From Octopus sinensis (taxonomy: Eukaryota): a stretch of DNA of 64,000 nucleotides. Position numbers and translations under genes: made by a program. Location: positions 31,062,001 to 31,126,000 of the forward strand of contig NC_043009.1 in NCBI RefSeq assembly GCF_006345805.1. Reading direction: 5' to 3'. The notes beneath the pieces were generated by a model. The model worked only from the letters and a program-made list of their open reading frames with translations. It made no database searches and was not told the DNA's origin. This document shows positions 23,576-37,175 of this stretch, piece by piece (within the stretch, counting starts at the first letter, position 1; each line of letters opens with the position of its first letter).

Positions 23576-25884
23576 CGTCATTACAAAACTTGACCAAAAT
23601 TGGAACTAGTAATATACCATCGTACAGTTGGTATTAGTTTAATTCCTCCCCAGCAAAATTCTTCCACGTATCCAATGCTAAAATAAAAAGATTCTTTAGT
23701 ATCAGAACAATAATACGTATATTTCCATTCAGTTGGAGTTAGTTCTTTCTCTTGAAAAAAATAAAAGAAAACTGTTTTGTGCCTCTGTAAGCAATCATGG
23801 TTTTATTAAAGGTGTTTCTGTTTTAAGAATTGTCCTTATTCAGAATTAATTTATTCCTAAAATAATTTTATCTTTTATTTAATCTTACAATTTTCCTTTT
23901 TAATGTTTTTTCCCCTTCTCTCATTGCCAGAGAAACCATTGTTCTTATTGGTAAAAGTTTTCAAGTGTCACATTCCTGTATTTACCATTTTTGAAAACAA
24001 ACATTGAAATTTCAGTGAAATTTTATTAAAGGAACTTTATATTGAAAGGTCATGTATCCATTGTTCTGAAAGTCTTCATTTACTATTTCCTATCAACATA
24101 TAACAATACAGTGATCAGAATTGAACACTTTATTTCCATTTTTATGCCCATTACCAAGTGTTCAGAATTGTGAAAATATCCTCCACCTCTGTCCCCCTTA
24201 GAAACTCCTACTGATTCTTTAAGCGTCGGATATATTTATTGCTGTTTTTTTCTTATATATTTACCAACTTGTTGATTTGGAAGACAATGGGGGAAAATAA
24301 ATGACCTTTTGAAAAATTTTCAACTATTCTATTGTAACCAATATTTTTGAGAATGCATCAATTGAATGCTGAATATACACTCTTTGAGGACCAATAAAAA
24401 TAATAAAAGGATTAACTTCTAAAAATCTTAACCCTTGATGTACAACTACTCACAACTACTATTCACCTCTCTTTGACATACTTCAATCACAGATGTATCG
24501 TCAATCAATAAGCTCAGAATTAAATTAACGAGGAAAAAAAATTAAATCATAATAATAATAATAATATAAAAGACAGTGAGTAAATGATAGAATAGAGGCA
24601 ACAACACGAGTTTACTTTTTAACTGACATGGTGGCTGCTTTTAGAAAATGAAGTACCATGGTAGAAGGATTATCACCTCCATGGTATAATACTTAAGAGA
24701 GAAGCCTAATGGATAAATTTCAAAGAGATGGAAGAGATTGGAGAAGATTTTAAAAGATTTAGAATGGACTTATGCATTTTATTTTATCGTATTAAGAATG
24801 TTTTAGTTCTCACAATTTTCTTCATATATTTCATTTATCACACTTTCTTTTCTCAGTTTACTTTAAAGTATGTAGCTCAAGAAAGATTTTGCTTCACTTA
24901 CCAAAGCTACTTGTTTTACTTTTTTTTTTCTGCATTTTTAATTCTTTTTTTGTTTTAATTTTTGGTTTGCTTTTTTTTTTTCAAAATTTTATTACATTTT
25001 TTTTGTGTTCTTTATTATCAATCACATTCCCACCCAAAGAGTTCAGTTCTAATGGTTGCATTATTCTAGTTCCTTTTTAAATTATTTTATTTCACCAAGT
25101 GTGAAGCATCAATAACAGTAAAATGGTGGACTATTGAGAAAAAAAATCTTTGATTCTGCACAACATGAATAGCGAAGATCTGAATTGACGTTGAGTGGCT
25201 TTAGATGTTGGCCTTCAAGAGAAAAGAAAAAAAAAATAATGAACTTTTTTTGTTGCATTTTTTTCTCTACATTCTATGGGATTTCCTTTTTCATGAGGAA
25301 AAGCTAACTGATTCCCTCAGCTTCAAATACCATTCTTTGTGAGGGTGTAATAAAAATACTAACTCAACACCCAGACTTTACTGAGAAATATATATTTCTA
25401 ATGGGAAAGGTTAGACAAATAAATAAAAGATAAGAACAAAACTACTTCTACATAGAATTCTTCATTTCTCTATGAGTCTTTAATATTATATATTTTCTTT
25501 GAAATATTACTTTTATTCATTTCCTTTTGTAACTAGCTGTAGTTAATGTCATTTGATATTATACACACAAGCTTATATCAGAATATACAACTGGAAGTAG
25601 TCACAAGACTAGTGGAGGGTACCTTTGGGAAGAAAGAAAATAAAACATTTCACCTGACTACATTCTGACAGTTTAGGAAACTGAATTGATGGTTAATATC
25701 CTCTCATGAAAAATACAAGCTGTGACCCTGGTAGAAACGATTAATTCACAGTTCCTCACTCAACTTCAGTGTAAATCAGCTCTATAGAGAAGCTAGGAGT
25801 GAAAAAAATCAAGGCTTCAGTCAGAGCAGAATCAAGCTAAAACAAGCTTCCTTCATGCGCACTTACACACACGTGTGTGTGTGT

Positions 25885-26255
25885 GGAGGCACAATGGCCC
25901 AGTGGTTAGGACAGCAGACTCATGGTTTTTATTCCCAAACTAGGCATGGTGAGTGTTTATTCAGTGAAAACACCTAAAGCTCCACGAGGCTCTGGCGGGG
26001 CAGGGGGGAGGCAAACCCTGCTATATTCTTTCACCACAACTTTCTCTCGCTCTTTCTTCCTGTTTCTGTTGTACCTGTATTTCAAAGGGCCAGCCATGTC
26101 ACACTCTGTGTCAGGCCAAATCTTCCCCTGAGAACTATGTTAAGGGTACACGTGTTTCTGGATTGCTCAGTCACTTGCACATTAATTTCATGAGCAAGCT
26201 GATCCATTGATCAGATCAACTGGAACCCACATCATAACCGACGGAGTGCCACCTA
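25885..26255 (+). mobile_element. SINE with an alternative tRNA-like head and the family B 3' half
   Basis: Head ggaggcacaatggcccagtggttagg...aaaacacctaaagctccacgagg; 3' half gtacctgtatttcaaagggccagcc...cataaccgacggagtgcca is shared with 20880-21055. Confidence 0.8.
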
Positions 26256-26256
26256 A

Positions 26257-26288
<32 letters not shown>

Positions 26289-26443
26289 GGCGTTAGGAAG
26301 GGCATCATGGCGTTAGGAAGGGCATCCAGCCATAGAAACATTGCCAGATCAGACTGGGCCTGGTGCAGCCTTCTGGCTTCCCAGACCCCAGTTGCACCGT
26401 CCAACCCATGCCAGCATGGAAAGCGGACGCTAAATGATGATGA
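26289..26443 (+). mobile_element. Very short RTE 3' terminus with a duplicated 5' junction
   Basis: ggcgttaggaagggcatc occurs twice at a 20-bp period, then ...aacccatgccagcatggaaagcggacgctaaatgatgatgat. Confidence 0.85.
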
Positions 26444-27039
26444 TATATGTATATATATGCATACATATACACACACACAAGCGTATCTATACAGCACCAT
26501 TGTCGTTGCTACCCTCACCATCATTACCGTCATCTATTCTATTAATTTTTCACTAAACTGTTTGTTTGCTTCTTTAACTTCTACATTCAGTTCTGTGTTT
26601 GATTTTTTTGCATTTTTCAATGTTATGGCAGTGTTTAGTCATGTAACTTAATTATACATGGCAGCCATTTTGGATGGAAGAATGCAAAGGGTGTAAATAA
26701 AATTTTTAAACTTTCGGAAACAAATTATTTTTCTATGTTGTCAACCCTCTGAGAACCATGGGCAACTCTCCTTTGAGCAATGAGGGTTCTTTTTATTGAA
26801 TCCAAGGAAACGTTTGTTCGGAAAGACTTCGGGAACAAACAAAAACAAAAAGAAAAGATTCTAAGAGAGAAGTGAAAATATGCCTTCACTACACGAATCA
26901 TTGCTAATAATGATGATGATGAAGATGATGATGACGACAATGACGATGATGAAAAAGGGAAGGAGGCGGAGGAGGAGGGGAAAGAGGGAGAGAGGGATTT
27001 ATTTGCTCATCACATGATGATAGAAATGTTTCAAATACA

Positions 27040-27148
27040 GGCAAAGTCGACCTCGGTAGAATTTGAACTCAGAACATAGTGATGGCTGATATACTGCTAA
27101 GTATTTCATCCAGCATGCTAGCAATTCTGCCAGCTCACTGCCTAAAAG
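27040..27148 (-). mobile_element. SINE family C, 5' part
   Basis: Reverse complement aggcagtgagctggcagaattgctagcatgctggatgaaatacttagc...gagttcaaattctaccgaggtcgactttgcc. Confidence 0.8.
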
Positions 27149-27570
27149 TAATAATAATAATAATATTGATTTACAGGTAGGGGTCTCTGAAAGGGTTCTC
27201 AGAGAGTAGCGTCCCTGCCTTCCTGAGCTACTTTGCCACCACATTTCTTAAAAACCATAGTAAGCAAGGGCATGCTCCTTGTAGAAAATCCAGCTCCAGA
27301 AAAGCTTCATGATAGTAAGGGAGAATGGACACGAGCCAGCCCAAAGGTTGGAGTGGGCTGCACCTGCCTACCTTGGTTGCTATGACACTGAGGTAGATCC
27401 AGCCACCCATAATAATGGAGACAAAACCCAGTTTTAAAACACTAGATGATGATGCACCCAAGAAGAAGCTTTCAGAACTAATTATACCAATACATTTCTA
27501 TATTTAAGAGATGAGGATTATGTACATTATTTACATTTTATGGATATTTGTCCTCATCTTCTTTGTTGTT

Positions 27571-27616
27571 AACACAACGTTTCGGCTGATATACCCTCCA
27601 GCCTTCATCAGGTGTC
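27571..27616 (-). ncRNA. Minimal type-I hammerhead ribozyme with canonical core, Penelope-associated type
   Basis: Reverse complement GACAC|CTGATGA|A|ggctg-gagggtatat-cagcc|GAAAC|GTT|GTGTT: stem I 5 bp (one G-U), stem II 5 bp, palindromic AACGTT stem III, predicted cleavage after GUU. Confidence 0.8.
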
Positions 27617-27727
27617 TTGGGGAAATTTTGAACGTAGGTTCTCATTCCTAAGGTATTTTTCAATGTTGTTGTTATTATTATAATTATTATTATTCCGGTC
27701 ACTGCCTGAATATGAAATATAACTATA

Positions 27728-27767
<40 letters not shown>

Positions 27768-28914
27768 CATACACATACATTCACATATATATGAATGTAT
27801 ATATGTATGTGTATATGTATGCATATGTATACATATATATATGTGCGTGTGTGTATGTATAGTTATATTTCATATTCATGCTGATTTGTTACTTCTGTGA
27901 CTATATATTTATGAACATATATAGTTACAGCCATACCAAATCATACACACACATGCACACCATTCATATAATTCAATAAGACGAGAAGTGAATTGTGCAG
28001 CCTATCTTCATATATATTATATTTCCAATTCGTTAATATACCAAATTTTAACGAAGTAAAGTAATTAGAATTTCAGATTTACAAATATTGGTTGGTTGAA
28101 TTCTTCTATCACTGATCACAGAAGCAAGCATATGTAAATAATTATCTCTAGATTTTTCAGCTACAAACCTTTCTCCTGGGAGTAAATGTCATGCTATGCA
28201 AGAACCACTTCTCGTCGAGATATGTAAATAATGCAAATGTAACTTTGCGCTTACCATACACATGCATTTAATATTTCCTGGAACCTCAAGAGATTGGTTC
28301 TTTACACTACATGCACACAAGTTTGTGAAGAATTGGATTATTTCCAAATAACTTATTGAGGTGAAGTTTACAAATGTCAGCTTTTTTTATTTTCTTGGAG
28401 GAAGATTAGCATTAAGAGTAACCCTGACTAGCCAACATGCACTTGGTTACCGAGAGAGATGGAAACATTTCTTTAATTGAATGCAAATTAGATATTTAAT
28501 TGAAGATTATAACGTACATGAGGTAACGCACACCTAAAGGTACATGATTTTTAAATTTTAAAATTATATGCATACACAAATACACACACACACGCATATG
28601 TATGCATAAATACATACATACACATATACATATATACATGTATGAACACATGCACACACACAATGACATACATTCTCACGCACATCATCCAGCCTCTCAA
28701 CCCTATACCCCACTGCTGCTACACTCTGATGATAGACAAAACTGGTTCCATTCCACATGAGCTTTACCATACATTTGACTACTTTCAGTATTGAGTGATG
28801 CACCATCAGAAAATGTTTGGTCATTATTCTTAAACAAGCTTTAAAATAACCTCATTTAACACACACACACACAAATGCATCCATCCATACATGCATATAT
28901 ATATATATATATAT

Positions 28915-29660
28915 GCCATCATCATCATCATCATTTAACATCCATTTCCCATTCTGGCATAGGTTGAACAGTCTGACTGAAAACTGGTAAGCTGGGGAGC
29001 TGCACCAGGTTCCGATTTGATTTGGCAGGGTTTCTATGGCTGGATGCTCTTCGTAACACCAACCACTTTTAGAGTATAGTGAGTGCTTTTTATGTGCCAC
29101 AGGCATGGGTGTGCCATTGACCTGACACCAGCATTGGCCGCAACTACAGTCTCACTTGGGTTAACAGGTCTACACAAGCACGTTATATCACCAAAGGTCT
29201 TAGTCACCTGTCACTGCCATCATGAGGCCCTACACTTGAATGGTGCTTTTTACATGTCACCAGCACAAGTGCCAGTCAGAGCGGCGAGCTGGCAGAAACG
29301 TTAGCACATCGGGCGAAATGCTTAGCGGTATTTCAGCTGTCATTACGTTGTGAGTTCAAATTCCACCGAGGTCAACTTTGCCTTTCATCCTTTCGGGGTC
29401 GATAAATTAAGTACCAGTTACGCACTGGGGTCGAGTAATCGACTTAATACCTATGTCTGTCCTTGTTTATCCCCTCTATGTTTAGCCCCTTGTGGGTAAT
29501 AAAGAAATAGGTACTGGCATCGGCCGTATCTATGAATTCACTTGGCTGGACAGGTCTTCACAAGCACAGCATATTGCTCAATGTTTGAAGGGTGCTTTTA
29601 ACGGGCCATTTACATGACACTGGTATCAACCATGACTATGATCTTATATTGATGGGTCTT
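28915..29660 (-). mobile_element. Old RTE 3'UTR and terminus interrupted by a SINE
   Basis: (CAT)n tail at ~28918-28935, ggctggatgctcttcgtaacaccaacc motif, gtgctttttatgtgccac units; continues after the SINE at 29511. Confidence 0.8.
29279..29510 (+). mobile_element. SINE family C nested in the RTE 3'UTR
   Basis: gagcggcgagctggcagaaacgttagcac...gagttcaaattccaccgaggtc...gataaattaagtaccagttacgcactggggtcga...aataaagaaatag; it splits the RTE unit ccagtca|gtactggcatcggcc. Confidence 0.88.
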
Positions 29661-29756
29661 CTCAAGTACTCTTATGTATGTGAGGATACTATCCAGGTCG
29701 GTCATGAATTAGAAAATTTCACAGTAAGTCGACACAACTGAAAGAATATTTCTGTA

Positions 29757-30155
29757 GGCACAGGCATGGCTGTGTGGTAAGAAGCTTGCTTCTGAACCAT
29801 GTGGTTTTGGCTTCACTTGTCTTTTATTATAGCCTCAGGCTGACCAAGGCCTTGTGAGTGGATTTGGTAGATGGAAACTGAAAGAAGCCTATCGTATATA
29901 CATACACACACACATATATACGTATATGTACATATGTATATATCTGTGTGTGTGTCTTTGTGTCTGTGTTTGTTCCCCACCACCACTTGACAACCAGAGT
30001 TGGGATGTTTACCTCCCCATCAGATACCAGTTCAGCAATAGAATAAGTACCAGGCTTTAAAAAACAAGTCCTGGGGCCAATTTGTTTGACTAAAACTGTT
30101 CAAGCTGGTGCTCCAGTATGGCCACAATCAAATGACTGAAATAATTAAAAGATTA
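29757..30155 (+). mobile_element. SINE family A, near full length
   Basis: Head, internal microsatellite and ...gctggtgctccagtatggccacaatcaaatgactgaaataattaaaag tail. Confidence 0.85.
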
Positions 30156-32034
30156 AGATTTATAGATACCTAAGCTTGATAGGAGAGAAACATATACCTT
30201 AGATTCTATGTCAGCCAACTGCAACAACCCATCCAGGTTGAGCAGGATTCCGTAAAACGACTAATTACAAATGCATGGAACTGGACTTCAGGTTGCTACG
30301 TAGTGAAAGTTAGTGCTGAGAGCAAGCTGTTATGCAACCTTTGTATCACAATGTTCCAGAAAAGATCTAGAATGATCTATCATGTGAATTCTGGCTTCTG
30401 ATTGATTAATAACTTGGTGTCTCACATGAACAAAACTGAGCTATGTCATGACTTCAATTTCTCAATTTGATGATTCAGTTTTGAGTCTTGCTACTCAGTT
30501 ATTGTTTTACCCAATGATGCTTAATATACTTGTGGTTATGTTGCTATTCTTTTTGCAAGCCATTCACAGTTGATAGTCTTAATTGAAATTTGCTCTTTTA
30601 TTACAAACATCACTGAAAATCCTTCATTACAATCCTAAATGGACGGTTATAGCAAAACACTCTCCACATATTTCCTAGATGTATGAATCCCATTTATGAT
30701 GGTTGTTACTGCTTCAAAATTACAGTGCTTTTAGAAACTTCTCACATGTCCTTGCAATTTCTCTTGTATACTTATGAAGGCTTGCATACCCGATTTGAGA
30801 ACCCCTCATCTATTTAGCAGTCTATTAATTTATAAATATGCTTGTCTTTCTGTCTGTCCGTCCCCCCTCTCTCTTTTGGTCTATCTACCTCATTTTATCT
30901 GACTATCTTTCTATTTAACTATATATCTTCAGTTATTCAATGCAAGTAACCAACCACACACTATTGAATGTAACAGTATTATATAGCAACAATCCCGATG
31001 GGATTAAAGCTTTGATAGTTAACCTTCAGAATTGTTAAGCTTTGTGTGTTTATTATGAATATAGTTTCTGATATCCAGAAATAAAGTCAGGTTATAGCTC
31101 TAATCATAGCTTTTCAATAGATTAGGGATTGTTGAAAAAGGAAAAAAGAACTTTCAAGATGCGGAAAATGAATGGAATAATAACACAGAAAATTCTGTAA
31201 AGTAAATGCAAACCAGAGCAAAAGAAAGAGCTCATATCAAAGTGTGATTTGTTGTAAAGATCAACTGTGAGGATTGGTGATATTTGATTAGTTAAGAGAT
31301 CAAGAGACAATGATCAAGCGGGTAACAAGCTGTTGTTTAGTTGGTTTCTGTATATAAACTCTCCTGTGTTTTGAGGATATTTTTGAAATTCAAGAGTCCT
31401 TAATATGTTTTTAACAAGGAGAACACACATCTCATTTTTATCACTGTCCACTTGCATCTGTAACATACAATCAGTGCTGGAATATTCAATGTAGAGTCTC
31501 TATTTACGGAACTATATGAACGAGCATTTAAATAAGTGCTTTTATACAGGAATATAATGAACACGAGTTATCTAACAAGGTTAACTTAATATCTGGAGGT
31601 AAAACGACTCTGTTGAGGATAAAAGTAACACATAAGCAAATTATTTGTATTGGATTTAAATCCCTTATAGATGTGTCATTGTGTATTTTGGATGTCCACT
31701 TAATTATATGTTTCTCATTTCATCTTCTGGTTAGATTTGGGCTCTTGAATGCCAGGGAATAAGGGTTTCTCAATGCAACAATGGCATTTCAATTATCCAT
31801 GCTGAGATTTCTTTCTCATCTATGTAGTTCTATAAAACCAGAACTAAGCACCCAGGCTTAATAAAGGCGTTGGTTTTGGAAGGGATTCACATATTACATT
31901 CTTTTCATTGATCCTCTTTACTCCCTGCTATCTTCACATCTACTAATTCCAGGTTTCTAAAGTAATTGTTATGTGAACACACACACCCAAACACCCCATC
32001 CAACCTCCCCGCCCTATATATATATATACACGCA

Positions 32035-32065
<31 letters not shown>

Positions 32066-32469
32066 TCTGTTATTCTTTTATTTATTTCAGTCATATGACT
32101 GCAGCCATGCTGGAGCACCACCTTAGTGCTGGAGCACTGACATCATAAAAATTTATAAACTACTATTGTGGATCAGTGAAACTCAAAGCAGATAGTTTAC
32201 AAAAACCCTGCAGATAGAAAAAGTTAAAGGCTGTCCATGGGACTTGAACCTATATGTTTGGTAGACACGAAAGACTTTCTGCCATCAGACCAAAACATAT
32301 TTACATCGGTTCAAGCTCCATGGGTGATCTTTGATTTTTTCCATTCAAGGGTTTTTTAATGCAATATTTACATTCCGTCAATTATATTTTTGTTTACACT
32401 GAATTTCACAGTTCAAAGAATGAATATATATATATATATACAGATATATATATATATATATACATAAAT

Positions 32470-32715
32470 GCACCCTTTTAAAGCCTAACCAGGTTCATGA
32501 GCCCGGTATCCTGGTTTCAATGGCGTATTTGTTCCCCAGCTGGACAGGACGCCAGTCCATCGCAGTGTTACTCATTTTTGCCAGCTGAGTGGACTGGAGC
32601 AATGTGAAATGAAGTACTTTGCTCAAGAACACAACGCGTCGCTGGGTCCAAGAATCGAAACCACAATCTTACAATCATGATGCTGTCACCCTAACCACTA
32701 AGCCATGTGTCTCCA
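32470..32715 (-). mobile_element. SINE with family B head
   Basis: Reverse complement ...gagacacatggcttagtggttagggtgacagcatcatgattgtaagattgtggtttcgattct...gttgtgttcttgagcaaagtacttcatttcacattgctccagtccactcagctggcaaaaatgag. Confidence 0.8.
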
Positions 32716-32977
32716 CTATATATATATATATTTATATAGCATGGATATTGACTCATTCATCCTAGAGCTGGTTGAGATGAGAGAGTCAATATGCATTATA
32801 TAGTATTGGAGTGAAAAATCTTACATGTTAAATTTTATCTTTAATTCACCTGAAGAAAAGTTTGTTCTTTTGTACATGATGTTTTGTTCATCAATACAAA
32901 ATATGTCTGAAACAGCTGTAGTGAATGTTAACACATCTGTGCTATATATATATAAGTGTGTGTGTGTGTGTGAAATA

Positions 32978-33628
32978 GTGTCACACCCTAGCAGTAGAGG
33001 GAACCTGTGGAAGAGGTAGACCCAGGAAGGCCTGGGATGTGGTGGTGAAGCACAACCTCTGAATATTGGGCCTCACTGAGGTGATGACAAATGTCAGAGA
33101 CCTTTGGAGATATGCTGTGCTTGAGAAGACCCAACAAGCCAAGTGAGACCGTAACTGTGGCCTATGCCAGTGCAGCTTAACAGCCCATTTAAGAGTACCC
33201 TTCAATATTGGGCAATAAACTGTGCTTGCAAAGACGTGTTGAGGCAGGTGAAGTCATTGGTGTGGCTGATGTCAGTACCAGCTGATTGGCACCCATGCCA
33301 GTGGCACGTAAAAAGCACCATTTGATCGTGGTTGATGCCAGTGCTGCCTGACTGACTTCCATGCCGGAGGCACGTAAAAAGCACCATTTGATCATGGTAA
33401 ATGCCAGTACCGCCTCACTGGCATTTATGCCAGTGGCACATAAAAAACACCCACTACACTCTTGGAGTGGTTGGCGTTAGGAAGGGCATCAAGCTGTAGA
33501 AAGTTTGCCAGATTGGATTGGAGTCTGGTGCAGCCTTCTGGCTTGCTAGCCCTCAGTCAAACCGTCCAACCCATGCCAGCATGGAAAACAGACATTAAAT
33601 GACAATAACGATGATAATGATGATGATA
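32978..33628 (+). mobile_element. Older RTE 3' fragment (ORF end plus 3'UTR)
   Basis: Starts at C-HTLAVEGTCGRGRPRKAWDVVVKH (homologous to the young copies), with three gtggcacgtaaaaagcacc units, the terminal motif and a (GAT)n tail. Confidence 0.9.
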
Positions 33629-34145
33629 CACTCACACACAATGCTCAAGGCTTTGGGTGTATCAGGTCTGGAATAGAAGGCACATGCCCTTGTTGCTGAG
33701 TAGTAAGAGTTTGAAACTGGTACCACATAACTGCAAAGCAAGTTTCTTGATGTCAATTTTATGCCAGCTCCTTTCCATCAACTAAATATATTTTATGAGA
33801 TAATACTTCCGTATCATAATATTTGCATGCTTCTCCTCACCACAAAAAAAAAAAAAAAAATCACATAATAAAACATACAAAAAAAAAAGCCTGAAGACAA
33901 TTACAAGATATTCATCACAAATGACTCTTGGAGAAATATTTTACTGGAAATTTTGTTACACTTAACCCCGCCTCTTCCTACACATGTTCCATTATTCTGG
34001 GATTCCCTGGCAAAAATGTTACCATTCTTCTCAATGTTTTATGTGATCTGTTAAAAGAAATAACTTACTTAACTTCCTCTATTTTATGGAATACAAATTC
34101 AATTGTTTTGTATTTTTTCAGTAACCATTCCTTTATTTATTTCTA

Positions 34146-34158
34146 TTTATTATTATTA

Positions 34159-34204
<46 letters not shown>

Positions 34205-34275
34205 CATTATTGTTGTTGTTGTTATTATTATTATTGTTGTTGTTGTTGTTGTTGTTATTATTATTATTATTACTA
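34146..34275. repeat. (TAT)n/(TGT)n microsatellite
   Basis: Direct reading; poly-L ORF artefact. Confidence 0.95.
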
Positions 34276-34731
34276 TTGCAGCCAGCTCAAGTAAATAAGC
34301 TAAAAGACAACCAAAAAAATAGAAAAAGTAAAAAAAAACATGAAGATGCCATTCCTATTTGATTCAGTCATCCATTGTCGGCAAAATGGTTAATTGACTA
34401 CAAATTCTTAGAATCAAATTCTTAGAATCAAATTCAAATCACAAATAGAATGACTCGAATGTTAATGGCAGAATTGGGATATTGACTATTCACAAAATAA
34501 ACTCAATTAAACAAAGAAATACACATTTACCATTATTGTTCCTCTTTTTTCTACTTTCTCTTTCTGCATGTCAGAATCATTTTTATGGAGAGTTCGCCCT
34601 CCCTCCCCCTCTCTCTCTCTTTCTCACCCTCTCTGTTCCTTAATTCTTTGGTACTTTCGGCAACGTTTGAGTCACAGAAAAATTTAGAGTAATATATATG
34701 TGTATACATGAGTGTGCGTGTGTGTGTATAC

Positions 34732-34776
<45 letters not shown>

Positions 34777-34840
34777 TATATGTCTAAATATATATACATA
34801 TACACATTCTCAGCATGGCCACAGTCAAATCAGTGAAACA

Positions 34841-34891
<51 letters not shown>

Positions 34892-35002
34892 CATACATGC
34901 ATGTGTATATATAAATATATGTGTGACTGCATATATATATCCATACATGTGTAAATCTCTAGAATGGCCACCATGAAATGACTGAAACAAGTAAAAGAAT
35001 AA

Positions 35003-35042
<40 letters not shown>

Positions 35043-35745
35043 CATATACACACACATGCACATGCATATATCTCCCTCTGTGTGGGAATTTAGTTTATAT
35101 TGACTTTGTATGAGATGGGGGTGGGTGTGACGCGAATAAAAAAATAAAATAAGGTTAAAAAATAAATAAATAATCTTTTCCCCTGAAAATTAAGTTACTG
35201 GAGAATGTTGCAACCGATTTTACTCAGATTGTCTACAAAGATACTGCCAGTACAATTCCGTCATTTTTTAACAGAACGTTTCTGTACGTGATGTATGACT
35301 GTAGATGCACAAGACATTTATTGGGTCAATTTCACGTAGAGAATGGTTTATGACTCAAAGAACTGCGGGGCTGGTAATGACGGACCATAATATCATCAAT
35401 ATATGTTGACCAATTAATAATTCCAAGCATGAAGTCTGTGGAAAATTGCAGATATATTTAGTAACAGACTTTACCATATTGGCAATTTGTCAGATCTTGG
35501 GTGATTCAATCAAACTTTTAAATTATTTTATCTGATTATGGCTTTATCAGTAGAAAATTTTGTTTTTTTCTTGTTAGTGTTTTGATATTTATAATCGTGT
35601 GTGTATTTGTGTGCTTGTGTGTATGTGTACTAAAGAGAGAGTGTGTGTGTGTGTATTTGTTTAGGTAATTGTGTATGAGTTAATGCATAGATGCATGTTC
35701 TGATAAAGTGATGTATATTGTATAAGTGCTTTTAAAATGATTATA

Positions 35746-35779
<34 letters not shown>

Positions 35780-36774
35780 TGTATAAGTACACACACACAA
35801 ACATACATATATAAATATTTGTTTCTCAATATAAAACTATTGATCTATTTGTCTCTTTATCTATCTTTCAGCTGCACACACATGTATATATAAAGTTATG
35901 TATGTATTGATTTGTGAGTGTGGACATATATATATATATATTTATTTTATTTATGTGTGTGTATGTGTGTATGTATGTATAAAAATGAAGTTTTTAGTAA
36001 AATTCTTCATATGGTTGTGTCTGTCTGTGCCGAATTGGAACTGTCAGGCATCATCAAGCACACAACAGATGTACAGATGTGGATGCTCTCTTCTGTAAAT
36101 TTATACTCGCAAAGCCAAGCCAAGACTTAGGATAAATATATATACATCTGATATATATCTGTATGTATTAATATATGTACACACACACACACAAACACAC
36201 ACGAGCTTCAGCCACCAAATCCACTTTCAATGGCCAGTTGAACTAATAAAAGAAAGCAGTTTCCCAAGGTACCATGCAGTGGGCCTGAACCCAGAAGGCT
36301 ACAACTGGGAAGCTAACTTGATAACCACACATCCATGTCTGTACCTAGTAAAAGATACTGTGACAAAAAACTCTGATTAAAACCAAATGTGATAATAATG
36401 GGATGATGAACTCTGTGTCATTCAGCTGTTTAATTAACTAAATTACCTACTCATTAAATTATCATGTTAGTGGTTGAGTATTCCTTAGACATATGTACTC
36501 AATGTAATTCTCAGGATAAATGAGTATGAAGAATTCATATGTGAAGCTGGAGCTTTGAATTATATTCAGGATTTATAGAACAAGCTTCCACACAGTTTCC
36601 ATCTATCTAATTTCATTCACAAGTTTTGAGTCAATTCAAGGCTGTTTTAAAACACACTTGCTTAAGATGCTGTCCTGTGGGAATGAAAGCAGAAACTCAC
36701 AATTGTGAAGCAAACTATTTTCCCACCCAGCCATCCCTGCAACCTTTAAACCCTTGTAAGTAGTGATTAACCAA

Positions 36775-37175
36775 AGAGTATATCATATGGTTAGATGTGG
36801 TATAACATACAGGAGCACCCTATTGACAAACAGACAAGCTGATAACATAACACATGGTTAACTGTGGTACAACTAGAAAAACATAGACAAATAACGTGTG
36901 TATATATATATAGGGTGTGAGCATATCACATAATTAACTGTGGTATAATATACCTAACAACCTGTGAACAATCTGACAGCATATCATGCAAATATCTATG
37001 ATATAACATGCAGAAATAACCTGTACATATTCTGATAGTATAAAACACCCTATGAACAATCTGATAGTATATCACATGATTAGCTGTGGCATAACATGCA
37101 AAAAATTGTATATAGTCTGATAGCATATCATATAAATAGCTGTAGTATAACATGCAAAAGCATGTACAAAGTCTT
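36775..37175. repeat. Degenerate ~57-bp tandem array, about 7 units
   Basis: Approximate consensus ctgatagcatatcacatgattagctgtggtataacatgcaaaaaacctgtgaacaat; units start near 36777, 36838, 36918, 36972, 37031 (partial), 37060, 37117. Confidence 0.75.

Noticed and set aside
34640-34690. Minus-strand ctgtga...ccgaaagtac as another hammerhead
   Set aside because: The core lacks a base and stem II does not pair.
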